DNA of 64,000 bases from Heptranchias perlo (taxonomy: Eukaryota): the NCBI RefSeq assembly GCF_035084215.1, contig NW_027139442.1, forward strand, positions 1,550,001 through 1,614,000, in the 5' to 3' direction. Positions within the stretch are counted from its first letter, which is position 1, and the number at the start of each line of letters is the position of its first letter. Shown here one piece after another: positions 1 through 12,924 of this stretch. The notes under the pieces were generated by a model, which saw only the letters and a program-made list of their open reading frames with translations, was not told the DNA's origin and ran no database searches. Made by a program: the position numbers and the translations under genes.

Positions 1-217
1 AATTGATTCATAATAAAGTTCTTGTTTTGCTTATTCGAAAGTTGCCCCATCATATTTCACTCTACATTGCGCAATATTTCTGTCTGATTTCTCAGGACAC
101 GATTTATATTAATTCAAATAAACAGAACTGAAACACAAATAAAAACTGAGCGCAAATCTGGAAGTTCCAATGACCGTCAAAAGTGAAAGGGATAAAACAT
201 AGAAAAAATTAAAACCG

Positions 218-305
218 AAAATGCTGGAAAGACTCAGCAGGTCCGGCAGCATCTGTGGAGAAGGGAAGCTCGGGTTAACGGTTCAGGTCAATGACCCTTC
301 TATAG
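218..305. repeat. Short interspersed repeat fragment (also at ~49910-49995)
   Basis: 'aaatgctggaaagactcagcaggtccggcagcatctgtggag...gttaacggttcaggtcaatgacccttc' resembles an abundant shark repeat terminus; family not assignable. Confidence 0.45.
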
Positions 306-769
306 ATCAGAAAGGTTAATCCGACATAATTTAAATAAGGAACTGGAATCTGCAGAGGGAAAAACTTCAGAAAATCAATTAATTTCACTGAATCCGGGCA
401 ATTGTGTTCTGTATCCACTGTACAGATCAGGAGAAATAATAATAAATAGGAACAAAGTTAAATTAGACCCGTTTGTGTTTTGGAAACACGATCCCTCTGA
501 ACATCATCAAATTTGATTCCAGTCTTTGTGTTTCTGAATTCAGCGTGCTGGGATTCAAACCTGTTGGAATTAACTGTTTGGAAGGCAGCTATACTCACCA
601 TTATAGCGCCTTATTTCACGAGGAGAGAGAAGTAGAGTGTTTCTGTGGAGTTTCACACTGAATTGCGCCCTTTGGTTTTTTGGTACTTTAATCACAGACA
701 ATAAATAGTTCCCAAACATCAGCCCCTGAACAGACACAACAAGCTGGTGGAATTTCTCATTCATAGATA

Positions 770-1420
770 TTAACTAAAAGGATGACAAAAGCAAATAGGA
801 AGAGGTTAGGAAGAAGTCACAAAAACAATTAGGGAAGAAAACAGGAACCACGAAATCAAATTATCAAGGAATATGAAAAGAAATAATAAATTATTCGACA
901 GACACAAAAATAACAAAATGAAAATCAGAATAGTTTGAGTGCCACTGAGGGATGCACAAGATAAACTAACAGGTAACGTCAGCGAAATAGCAGAAATATT
1001 GAATTGTTACTTTGCTCATATTTACCCGGGAGTTTAACAGGGTGAACATAATATTAAAGGAAGAGGTCAATAAAGATATCAAGACATTTAAGTTAGAAAG
1101 GGTGGTTAAACTGGTCCTGATGGATTGTATCCGTGCATATTAAATGAAGCAAGGGAAGAGATAGCAGAGGCACTGTTACATATATAGACAAAATCATCAC
1201 ATAGTGGAATAGTGCCAAAGGACTGGATGACAGCTAATGGGATTGTTATATTTTAAAACAGGAGATAGAACAAGTGCAGGGAACTATAGACCAGTTAACG
1301 AAAGGTCGGTGGTGGGGATGATCATGGAATCCTTCACTCAATGATGCAGTCGATAAACATCTAGAAACCGAAAATATAATAAGGAATAGTCAGCACGGAT
1401 TTCAAAAAGGGAAGGTTTAA
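770..1420 (+). mobile_element. Degenerate CR1-clade LINE ORF2 fragment (copy at ~50500-51150)
   Basis: Broken-frame motifs GPDGLYP.IL.EAREEIAEAL, PKDW.TAN, NYRPV, SQHGF. Confidence 0.75.
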
Positions 1421-1454
1421 TAGTTTGACAGAAGGTTTGACAGTTTAATTTACA

Positions 1455-1760
1455 GTTCAACAGAACTTATCTCCTTTTCAATTCTGTTCCTTTAGAAATA
1501 AACCTCTGTGTTTGTTTTCTATGACATTGTCAACCTGTGTTGCCACTTTAATGATTTGTCAATCTGTACCCCTAAATTCCTTTGCTCTTCGACCCCATTT
1601 AGACTCTTGTTTTCAAAGCAGTGTGTGGCCTCCTTATTCCCCCGAGCAAAATGCACCACGTCACAACTTTCTATATGGAAATTCAATGGCCATTTACACC
1701 GCCTTTCAGCAAGTTTATTAAAAGTCTTCTTGAATTTTGTTTGATTCTTCCTCAATATAG
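1455..1760 (-). mobile_element. Degenerate CR1 RT fragment (copy at ~51185-51480)
   Basis: ORF 1519..1755: W.LNFHIESCDVVHF...EQRNLGVQIDKSLK, typical of the CR1 RT C-terminal part. Confidence 0.7.
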
Positions 1761-1932
1761 GCTATACCCACTAAATAATTACAAGCATTTCACACGACAT
1801 TACAACAAATGTTTGCTCCAACAAAATGTTCTCCATTCCCAGTTTCTCTGAATCCCACTCGTGCAACATAATGTGAAGAATGAGTTTATCTTCTGTCCCT
1901 CTCTCAACTGCAAACTTCAATGTCAGGGGTTT

Positions 1933-1964
1933 GGGGACATCTACTGGCCGGAAGCAGAACTGCA
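1933..1964 (-). promoter_or_regulatory. Putative CTCF site (core + upstream motif) upstream of H2B
   Basis: Reverse complement TGCAG-N12-CCAGTAGATGTCCCC, close to CCASYAGRKGGCR with a TGCAG upstream module. Confidence 0.6.
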
Positions 1965-2019
1965 ACAGTTCGGAACAAATTGCTGAAACCGGACAATGTG
2001 CAGTGTGAGCGTGTTTGTG

Positions 2020-2175
2020 ATTGGTGGCAGATACTGAATCTGATTGGATATCTGAAGAAACCTATCAGAGAGTGAAAGGAAAAGGTGACGTTTATCACTC
2101 CCAATGACCCAATCACAATCATTGCCTTCCACCATCCCTTATTAGCATAGGGTTGTGGGGCTGCCTATTTAATCC
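2020..2175 (+). promoter_or_regulatory. H2B promoter: CCAAT boxes, CRE-like TGACGT, octamer-like CCTTATTAGCATAGG, TATA-like TATTTAA
   Basis: ATTGG/CCAAT boxes ~2020-2113, GGTGACGT ~2084, ATTAGCAT 2141-2148 (cf. vertebrate H2B box CCTTATTTGCATAAG), TATTTAA ~2166. Confidence 0.75.
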
Positions 2176-2225
2176 GAGCTCGGAGTGGATTTGTGTCATT
2201 TCTGGGTCTGAAATTGAGTTTTGAG

Positions 2226-2600
2226 ATGCCTGTGGACATGAAAGCAGCTCCCAAGAAGGGCGCCAAGAAAACCTTGAGTAAAGCACCAGCCAAGGGCGGC
2301 AAGAAGCGGAGAAAGTCGAGGAAGGAGAGTTACTCCATTTACGTCTACAAAGTGATGAAGCAGGTTCACCCCGACACCGGCATCTCCTCCAAGGCCATGA
2401 GCATCATGAACTCCTTTGTGAACGATATTTTCGAGCGCATCGCGGGTGAGGCTTCCCGCCTGGCCCATTATAATAAACGCCACACCATCAGCTCCCGGGA
2501 GATCCAGACCGCTGTGCGCCTGTTGCTGCCCGGAGAACTGGCCAAACACGCCGTGTCGGAAGGGACAAAGGCGGTGACCAAGTACACCAGCTCCAAGTAA
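2226..2600 (+). CDS. H2B: Histone H2B (124 aa; variant N-terminus MPVDMK, KRHTI)
   Basis: [27 protein letters not shown]...[13 protein letters not shown]; intronless; stem-loop follows. Confidence 0.97.
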   Translation: MPVDMKAAPKKGAKKTLSKAPAKGGKKRRKSRKESYSIYVYKVMKQVHPDTGISSKAMSIMNSFVNDIFERIAGEASRLAHYNKRHTISSREIQTAVRLLLPGELAKHAVSEGTKAVTKYTSSK

Positions 2601-2635
2601 AACTCCACAATCAACTGAAAAAAAATAAACACAAA

Positions 2636-2651
2636 GGCTCTTTCAAGAGCC
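2636..2651 (+). terminator. Histone 3' stem-loop (variant loop TTCA)
   Basis: GGCTCT-TTCA-AGAGCC followed by ACCCA. Confidence 0.9.
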
Positions 2652-3383
2652 ACCCACAGTCTCTCTGAAGACGCTGTACCGACCCCTCTGTATGGAATCA
2701 TTTTACTGTAGATAGTTTGATACTAACTGTCTCTCTATAACTCTTGTGCTTTTCTAATTTCTCTTGAAATCTGGAAGATTCTCATAATCACTGCCAGGTA
2801 TAATCTATGTGTCGCTTTCTATTTAGTTCCAATAACCAAAAACGTGTCCCTGATCCTCTCATTCCCGTTCATATTCCGCCCCTTCCCCCGCGTCTGCCCC
2901 TTCATAGCCGTCTTAAGGCGATGGATTAGACTTCATTTCTTTCTCCTTTTCACGTTTGTTTGTTCATTATTCGGGAATATCACTTTGAGAACCGCAATCC
3001 TTTGAAATGCAGCAACCCTGAAAGGGACGTCACACCGAGTACAGAAAAGTCGAAAGGCTCTGTCACTGTTCGACTTCTTACACCAGGAGTCTCGGCTCCG
3101 GTTTCGATCGCGCTGCAGCTCCAGTGAACAGGGATCAATCCACAATCTGTGGTTTGTTACTTTTACAAAGATTGAGCTGGAATCTGTCCCGTTACAAAAT
3201 GGGACTTTATTCCCGCCGGATTGAAAGCGAACGATGAAGGGAGCCGGATTTTAAACGGATTGTAAAAGATTCTGGAAGTTGTGACGGCAAATGAGCAATA
3301 ACAGAGTAAAAGGAGAGAGATTTTTAAATCTTTGTCTTAAGGCGACATTATTTACTAAATCCGCTTCTTGTGTTACAAATATT

Positions 3384-4015
<632 letters not shown>

Positions 4016-4046
4016 ATCGGCCGAGATTTAATCTGATAAACCCAAA

Positions 4047-4062
4047 GGCTCTTTTCAGAGCC
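4047..4062 (+). terminator. Histone 3' stem-loop, with HDE-like GAAAGGGCTG downstream
   Basis: GGCTCTTTTCAGAGCCACCCA. Confidence 0.95.
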
Positions 4063-4169
4063 ACCCACTGTATCTGTGAAAGGGCTGGTTACTGTCTGAA
4101 GAGACTGACCTATTGATCACAGTTGTCCCCGGTCCACGTTGATATATTACATCGCTACAGCGGTTGAAG

Positions 4170-4518
4170 GAATGTGAGCCAATGTAATTCACCGAACACA
4201 TGGGTGACAGGTGAACGGGAGTTGGAGGGAGTTAGAATAGGCCAACGGAGATTTGGAGGAGTTCATATTTACAGAGCGTGGAAGATCGGAGGCTGACCAG
4301 GAGAGCATTGGAATAGCAAAGTCTGGAGGTAACAAGGGAATGGATGAGGGTTTCAGAACCAGATCAGCTGAGGTAGGGGCGGAGACGCGCGATGTTTCAA
4401 AGGTGGAATTAGGTCTTGGTGATGGAGCGGTTATGTGGTCGGATGCTCATCTCAGGGTCAGATAGTACACAAAGGTTGCGAACGGTCATATTCCGGCTCA
4501 CACAGTGGCCAGGGAGAA
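4170..4518 (-). mobile_element. Degenerate L2-like LINE fragment
   Basis: Minus strand resembles the L2 RT C-terminal region (VRNL.V..DPEM.I.PHI.A..K); heavily decayed. Confidence 0.45.
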
Positions 4519-4519
4519 G

Positions 4520-5165
4520 TCTCTGTCCATCCCGGTCCCTGAATCTATCCAGTCCCCAAACAGGACCTGGGTCTGCCTATCCCGACCACTGAATCTATCC
4601 AGTCCCCACATCGGATCTGCGTCTGTCCATCCCGGTCCCTGAATCTATCCAGTCCCGACACAGGACCTGGGTATGTCCATCCCGGTACCTGAATCTATCC
4701 AATTTCACTCTGACTCCAGCTCTAATTCAATTCATAATAGCCACACATGACAAATCTCCATCCATCCCGGTCTCTGAATCTATCCAGTCCTCAATGACCT
4801 CAGCTCTAATTAAACTCATTTTACCCACACAGGAACTGTCTCTGTCCATCCCGGTCCCTGAATATATGCAGTCCACACACAGGACCTGGGTCTGTCCATC
4901 CAATACCTGAATCTATCCAGTCCCCACACAGGACCTGGGTCTGTCCATCCTGGTCCCTGAATCTATGCAGTCCCCACACAGGACCTGGGTCTGTCCATTC
5001 CGTTCCCTGATTCTGTCCAGTTCCCAATGACTTCAGCTCTAATAAACACATTGTACCCACACAGGAACTGTCTCTGTCCATCCCAGGACCTGAATCTATC
5101 CAGTCCGCACACAGGATCATTCTCCATTCATCCCAGTGCCTGATTCTATCCAGTCCCATACTGAC
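4520..5165. repeat. Minisatellite, ~50-bp unit
   Basis: Repeats of tctgtccatcccggtccctgaatctatccagtccccacacaggacctggg. Confidence 0.9.
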
Positions 5166-5683
5166 CCAAGCACGGAAAGGTACAGATTGCCTTCCACACC
5201 GATTTATGTTTATTAAACTATTGGGCGCCTCCTGTCAGCTACAAATCTGAAACTAAAACTATCCCTCTTCCAACGGTTCCGTAGCGGCATTGATTGATTT
5301 TATTATGATAGTGATTGTGTTGGAACTGTAGTGTGCCTCATTTATTGAATTTAAATTATATATTCCGCCTTTTTTTCTGGAAACCCTTGAATATCATGCC
5401 GGAGTCTGTAAGGATTGTGTCTGAATTTGAATTTCCTATTTGATGCTGGTGAAAATTTTATAAAGGACGGTAACTAATTCCTGGAGGCGGAGCTTGAAGT
5501 TGCACGTCCGCTTGTCCGTCATTCTGAGCCAGTCTCCTCCCCTCCCGCACTTCATGCTCTGTCTTTCATTCAAAAACTCTTCCCCGGCCTCTCCGATAAT
5601 GTGCCTTTCTCAACCAGGTCGGGGCGAGCTTTATAAATACAGAAGAAAGGCGAGAGTCTTTCATTCAGCAGCGATCTGAGTGA

Positions 5684-6004
<321 letters not shown>

Positions 6005-6039
6005 ACAACTCGATCCTTTCTAACCGGACACAAAACAAA

Positions 6040-6055
6040 GGCTCTTCTAAGAGCC
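6040..6055 (+). terminator. Histone 3' stem-loop
   Basis: GGCTCTTCTAAGAGCCACCCA, then purine-rich AGAGAGAGC. Confidence 0.95.
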
Positions 6056-6272
6056 ACCCACCGCCTCACAGAGAGAGCACTGACCTGGGAACTGGTGCGG
6101 GGTTATATGGGGCTAGGGATTAGTTTTATAATTAAAGAGTTTTCTGTGACACACAGTACGGTGAGGTGGGATCGGCGGCGTGCTGCACCGGTTACTGAGA
6201 GGGAACTTTCCCTTATTGAATGCACTGAATTGTCCAGGAAACGTTATAAGTGAGTTTACCCGGAGCTGAATT

Positions 6273-6293
6273 CCCCCCCCCCCCCCCCCCCCC
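6273..6293. repeat. Poly(C)/poly(G) run (21 nt)
   Basis: Direct reading. Confidence 0.9.
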
Positions 6294-7344
6294 TCGCTGA
6301 AATGCTCCTTCACTCCATTCGCTCTGTTTTGGTTCTATTTATCAGTCAGATGTTGTGATGTGTGACCGGGGGTTTCCATGGGAGAACAGGTTGAGCTGAG
6401 CCGCTGTGATAAGGGCCCAGCTTGTGATATGGATTTTCCCTCTGACGGTTGTTTCTGACACTGATACTGAGAGGGTTTGTGAAATTGAACCGTTTGAGCT
6501 CAGTCATTGGGGACCTGGAATTACCACAGGCCCAACTGGCAAACCCCGCTCAAAACCGAGACTACTTCTCATTGGTTGCTTTGCTTGAAAACTAATTTCC
6601 TTAACCAATCGGAGAGACGACAATAAGAAAACGGAGCAAATTGTTGGCCACAATTGACCGATTTTTTTAAATTTGAAAAAGGCCGCCAATTTCAGTGTAT
6701 GAAATAAGTGAATTACTCGGACATGTCGTTTTTACACAAAGACTTAAAATCTCTTTGTAATAATGTTATTCCGTATTACACGTCCCAAATTCCGAGCGCT
6801 GTTTCAAAAACACATTGTCTATAACTTGCGGAATATAATCCCAATCATAGATTGCTGATATGGACAAATTTCACTTCTACCTGTAAAAATAACAAACTCC
6901 AGGTTATCAATTGATTCCGTTGCAGGGACTGAACAGGAACCGTGTGTCCTGAAAACGGAATCATGGACGAAGCCTGAAAATGAGCCAATTCTTTTCTCCA
7001 ATCGTTCATTCTGGATTGTTACACTGCGGGGAACGTGCTGCTAATATGCGGGATATTAAGATCAGTAATTAATTATTTCAGAGATTGGCTCCACAGTGAG
7101 AAAGAGGAAGGAACTAAATTCTGATTCATAGCCCTGAAAGTGGTGGTTCACGGGAAAACCGGGGGCGGTGTAAATCTGAATGAGAGCGAGAGCAAAGCAA
7201 AAGGGAATTGAACGGACCCCGGACCCGTGTTCACTTTATTGGGCAGTAAATTCTACAGAGACAAACATTAAAATGGAGTAGTTTCACTGACTTTCTTTCA
7301 ATTTATCTACCAGATTCAAAGGATGATGACCGAGTAAAGCAGCA

Positions 7345-8460
7345 ATTCTGTATCTGTCAGTCTCTGGTCCCGTATGTGAGTCGGATTCATTCTGAATCTG
7401 TCAGTCTCTGGTACTGTGTGTGAGTATCGGATTCATTCTGTATCTGTCAGTCTATGGTACTGTGTGTGAGTGTGGGATTCATTCTGTATCTATCAGACTC
7501 TAGTACTGTGTGTGAGTGTGGGATTCATTCTGTATCTATCAGTCTCTGGTACTGTGTGTGAGTGTGGGATTCATTCTGTATCTGTCAGTCTCGGGTACTG
7601 TGTGTGAGTGTGGGATTCATTCGAGATCTGTCAGTCTCTGGTACTGTGTGCGAGTGTGGGATTCATTCTGTATCTGTCATTCTCTGGTACTGTGTGTGAG
7701 TGTGGGAATCATCCTGTATCTGTCAGTCTCTGGTACTATGTGTGAGTGTGGGTTTCATTCTGTATCTGTCAGTCTCTGGTACTGTATTTGAATGTGGAAT
7801 TAATTCTAAATCTCTCTGTCTCTTGTCCTGTGTGTGAGTGTGGGGTACATTCTGTATTCGTCAGTTTCTGGTACTGTGTGTGAGAGAGGGATTTATTCTG
7901 TATCTGTCAGTCTCTTGGCCTGTGTGTGAATGTTGGATTCATTCTGGATCTGTCCGTCTCTGGTACTGTGTGTGAGTGTGGGATTCATTCTGTATCTGTC
8001 AGTTTCTGGTACTGTCTGTGAGTGTGGGATTCATTCTGTATCTGTCAGTCTCTTGGCCTGTGTGTGAGTGTGGGATTCATTCTGGATCTGTCCCTCTCCC
8101 GTACTGTGTGTGAGTGTGGGATTCATTCTGTATCTGTCCGTCTCTGGTACTGTATTTGAATGTAGGATTCAATCTAAATCTGTCAGTCTCTTGTCCTGTG
8201 TGTGAGTGTGGGGTGCATTCTGTATTTGTTCGTCTCTGGTACTGTGTGTGAATGTGGGATACATTCTGTATCTGTCAGTCTCTGGTACTGTGTGTGAGTG
8301 AGGGATTTATTCTGTATCTGTCAGTCTCTGGTACTGTGTGTGAGTGTGGGATTCACTCTGTATCTGTCAGTCTCCAGTACTGTATGTGAGTTTCGGATTC
8401 CTTCTGCATGTCAGTCTCTGTACTGTATCTGAGTGTGAGATTCATTCTGTGTCTATATTT
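7345..8460 (+). repeat. Satellite array, 46-bp unit
   Basis: ctgtatctgtcagtctctggtactgtgtgtgagtgtgggattcatt repeated more than 20 times. Confidence 0.95.
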
Positions 8461-8989
8461 ATTCTCTCAGATTACATTATGGTGTTCAATATTGTAGCTT
8501 TAATATCTCAATGTTTAAATAGTTTTTATCAATATGGATACACTTTAGGATTTGATGCTGGAGGTTTTAATCAGATAATTTGTGTGCTTTTTGGACAACT
8601 ATTAAATCTGTATCTCTGAGTAATATTGTGAATGATAATGTATCTTTCAAACTGACATTTTTGAATTGGTATATAATGTGCAGATCAGTCTGCATGAAAT
8701 GAATTGATACTGCATCTTTAATTTTTGTTTTGTAAGATTTTTGGACTTGTGTGTCTGTGATACTGTATCATTAAATCTCTTAACATGAGTATATTATAAA
8801 CTGGTATCTAATGTGTTTCTCAGGTTATACTGTCACAGCATTTCTCAATCTGATATTGTACATGAGTTTTGGACTTGCAATTTGTATCCGAATGATGCAC
8901 TATTCGAATGAATAAGGCATGTATTGAACTCACGTGTGTGTGAGAGTTCTGGGCTCGTATTCAATTTGAATCTCGGGGTATCTGGTATT

Positions 8990-9420
8990 TAATTCACGGC
9001 TAATATTGCCATTTTGTGAAATTGACAATCTGAAAACGAGACTTTGGACTGGAATTTTTGTATCTACCTGTCAGCGGGACTGAGTTCGGGAGAAATTGAA
9101 CAGAGTCTGCCTCACCTCCTCTGTTTGGCTGTTGGATTGAAAATGTGTCTCTGGAACTTGAGATCAGTGTGGGACTGACTACTTCTGCTGTCTGAGACTG
9201 TGGAACTGATGAGCTGTCTGTGTCTCTGTGCTCTGAGAGTGATAATGGACATACTGTGTGTGAGAAGGCGCTGGCTGCACTGTTCCTTTGCCTCGGGTGG
9301 AGGAAACGTCACATTCACTCTGGCTCGTTCAAGGGTTTGCCTGTAGAAAGAAACGTATCGCATGTAACTCAAGAACAGGTGAGGTAGAAAATACGTAAGT
9401 GATCAGTTTAATAACTGTTA
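8990..9420 (-). repeat. Partial copy (exon-3 region) of the repeated NRF1-promoter unit
   Basis: Homologous to ~16790-17240 and to the reverse complement of ~60560-60990; retains an AG acceptor (~9341) and GT donors. Confidence 0.8.
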
Positions 9421-10162
9421 ACCCATCAACACATCCAGTGGCACATTTGGACAGGGAAACTACTGGCAAACAGGTACAGAATGGTCTGATTCCGGTCCTA
9501 CACTTTCACGTGAGGCATCTACACCCCCAGTGTCAATCTAACTCGGACATCGATACAGGGAGAGGCTCGGGCACGCGTGCAAAGTACAAGAGATGCAAGT
9601 TTTCATTTCCGATATAGTATCAGCTTGGCACTGTTGGAAATATTTTCATCTCTAATGAACCAGACTTGGATCAAATAAAGTTTGTCTATTTTTCCTCTCC
9701 AGTTATTGTGACAGAGGCTGTTTCACTGTAACTCGCACGAATAGAACTTAAGTGTTTTCGCTCAGCGCTAGAATCAGAAGCAGTGTAAAACTTAGTGTCA
9801 CATTCACTGCGGTACTCGTCACTGACACAGGAACAGACTGACAGGGACAGAATAAATCCCTCACTCAGCCAATAATAGACAAATTTCATTCATTGATTCA
9901 GCAATCGCTGACACAATAATCAACACATCCGTCACCTTCTGGAGGACAAATCTGGGTATTGGAAGTCAGACCGAGTAAGTGTTCTGGGAGGATGAGACTG
10001 TAAATAACACTTACTATAATGGCCGCAACACAATAGAGTGCCTCTTGTTGCCGATGATCAAACTCACCTGTAATTTCTGTATTCCACCCTCCCAGTTCAA
10101 TGAACTGATTATTTTGTGCCTCATTTCCTATTCAATCTGTAAATTTCAACCTATTGGAGGTT

Positions 10163-10195
10163 GGCGACATCTACTGTCCAGAAGCGAGTATTGAA
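10163..10195 (-). promoter_or_regulatory. Degenerate CTCF-like site downstream of H2A
   Basis: Reverse complement TTCAATACTCGCTTCTGGACAGTAGATGTCGCC; paralog of 53917-53949. Confidence 0.4.
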
Positions 10196-10297
10196 CAGAT
10201 CATTTGTATTCAACAACATATCGTTAGTTTCTAACTAAGCGATTTATTATTAAATTAAGCTCTGACTCGCTTCAGCCCTTTCATAGATACAGTGGGT

Positions 10298-10313
10298 GTC
10301 TCTGAAAAGAGCC
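10298..10313 (-). terminator. Histone stem-loop with a broken second G-C pair
   Basis: Reverse complement GGCTCTTTTCAGAGAC-ACCCA (canonical ...AGAGCC). Confidence 0.85.
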
Positions 10314-10343
10314 TTTGGGTTACCAGATTAAATCTTGACCGGT

Positions 10344-10793
<450 letters not shown>

Positions 10794-11589
10794 TTATTGA
10801 CTGAAAGATCATCTGATTGGTTGGGCATTATTATACCTCATTTGCCTATTTCAATAACCAATCAGATAGCTGGAAATTAGATGAGGGCGGGATTTAACGG
10901 CCTCAACGGACAGATCAGGAATTTTATGAATTTCAAAAAACCCGCCAGTGTCGTAAAGGACCGGATTTAGATCAATGTCGCCCTGAGCACAAGATTTTAA
11001 ACCCGTTCAATTTATCTTGTCTTATTCAGCGCTACCCGTCACCAATCGCTGGCGCTGTTTTAAAATCTGCTTTAATTTATGGCTCATTCTATTATCGCTT
11101 ACAAACTGTACCGGACGGGACTAAAGCCCCATTCACAGCATTCCGTGAAGTGACACGTTTCAATTCAGTCTTTCTGAAAGTGACACGTTATAGTTTGTTC
11201 CCTTCTCACAGAGCCGGGAGTGCTTCTATGAAACGAGGGACCCGGACGGAATTCTCATTCTGCCCCTATTCCGCTGTGTTACTGCAAGGGGTGCGTTTGC
11301 TTTTAATATGGGGATTTTCACCTCAGACATTAAACATTTCTGAGATTGAATTCATAGAGATAATGGAATTGCTCCCGGGGTCATTCAGGGTGTGTTCGTG
11401 GCTGGAATAGTAACGCTTTAAGAACAAAACGAATGGGAAGGAGCGGATCAGAAACTCGCGTTCAGTTTATGGGTCAGAAATTTCAACGGTGCAGTTACAG
11501 TATCAGTTTTGGATTGGAATAATATCGCGGTATTAAAAGATACTAAGCAATTATATAGGAAATGCAGCTCTTTCAGAGAGGTTGTGGGT

Positions 11590-11605
11590 GGCTCTTAAAA
11601 GAGCC
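11590..11605 (-). terminator. Histone 3' stem-loop
   Basis: Reverse complement GGCTCTTTTAAGAGCCACCCA; HDE GAAAGAGCTG. Confidence 0.95.
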
Positions 11606-11637
11606 GTTGTGGTTTTTTTTCAGTACATTGTGGAGTT

Positions 11638-12012
11638 TTACTTGGAGCTGGTGTACTTGGTCACCGCCTTTGTCCCTTCCGACACAGCGTGCTTGGCCAG
11701 TTCCCCGGGCAGCAGCAGGCGCACGGCGGTCTGGATCTCCCGGGAGCTGATGGTCGCCCGCTTGTTGTAATGGGCCAGGCGGGAAGCCTCACCCGCGATG
11801 CGCTCGAAAATATCGTTCACAAAGGAGTTCATGATGCCCATGGCCTTGGAGGAGATGCCGGTGTCGGGGTGAACCTGCTTCATCACTTTGTAGATATAGA
11901 TGGAGTAACTCTCCTTCCTCGACTTTCTCCGCTTCTTGCCGCCCTTGGCTGGTGCTTTACTCAAGGTTTTCTTGGCGCCCTTCTTGGGAGCTGCTTTCTT
12001 GTCCTCAGGCAT
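11638..12012 (-). CDS. H2B: Histone H2B (124 aa, KAMGIMNS)
   Basis: [12 protein letters not shown]...AVTKYTSSK. Confidence 0.98.
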   Translation of the reverse strand: MPEDKKAAPKKGAKKTLSKAPAKGGKKRRKSRKESYSIYIYKVMKQVHPDTGISSKAMGIMNSFVNDIFERIAGEASRLAHYNKRATISSREIQTAVRLLLPGELAKHAVSEGTKAVTKYTSSK

Positions 12013-12275
12013 TTTCAAACTCAATTTCAGACCCAGAAATGACCCAAATCCGCACCGAGCTCGGATTAAATAGGCAGCCCCACAACCCTATGGTAATGAG
12101 GGATGGGGGAAGGCAATGATTGTGATTGGGTCACTGAGAGTGATGTCGCAATAATTATTCACTGTAACTCTCTGATTGGATACCTGAAGAAACCAATCAG
12201 ATTTAGAACCTGCCACCAATCACAAACACGCTCACACTGCACATTGTTCGGTTTCAGCAATTTGTTCCGAACTGT

Positions 12276-12307
12276 TGCAGTTCTGCTTCCGGCCAGTAGA
12301 TGTCCCC
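12276..12307 (+). promoter_or_regulatory. Putative CTCF site upstream of the minus-strand H2B
   Basis: TGCAG-TTCTGCTTCCGG-CCAGTAGATGTCCCC. Confidence 0.6.
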
Positions 12308-12892
12308 AAACCCCGGGTCAATGAAGTTTGCCGATGAGAGAGGGACAGAAGATAAACTCATTCTTCACAATATCTTGCACGAGTGTGATTTAGAAAAACT
12401 GGGAATGGAGACGAGATGCAAATACATTTTGTTAGACCAAGCATTGGCTTTAATGCTGTGTTAAATTCTTGTAATTGATTTTGGGATTATAGCCAATACT
12501 TCGACAAAATATACTTGCAGAACGGCCGTGTAAATGTGTATTGAATTTCAATATAGAAAGTTGTGAGCTGGTGCATTTTGTTAGGGGGAATAAAGGAGGC
12601 CACATACTGCTTGGAAAATATGATTTTAAATGGGGTAGAGGAGCAATGTAAATCGTGTCCTGAGAAATCAGAGAGAAATACTGCGCAATGTAAGTGAAAA
12701 ATAACGGGGTAAATTCACAACTATCGAATGAGTGAAACAAAAACTTTATTTTGAATCAATTGTCTTCATTTTGCAATCACAAAACGTGCAAAATTACGAG
12801 AGTAGAAGTGACAGACAGAAACTTTCCTCACATTGCACATTGTCCTGTTTCTGCAACCACGACAGATAATGTGAATTTGTTTTCCGCTCTTT

Positions 12893-12924
12893 CACAGTTC
12901 TCGCCTACGTCCAGTAGAGGTCAG
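12893..12924 (+). promoter_or_regulatory. Putative CTCF site at the satellite border
   Basis: CACAG-N13-CCAGTAGAGGTCAG. Confidence 0.5.

Noticed and set aside
7345-8460. CRISPR-like appearance of regular repeats (also 30425-31705 and 44700-45480)
   Set aside because: Head-to-tail tandem units without unique spacers, eukaryotic context, no cas genes
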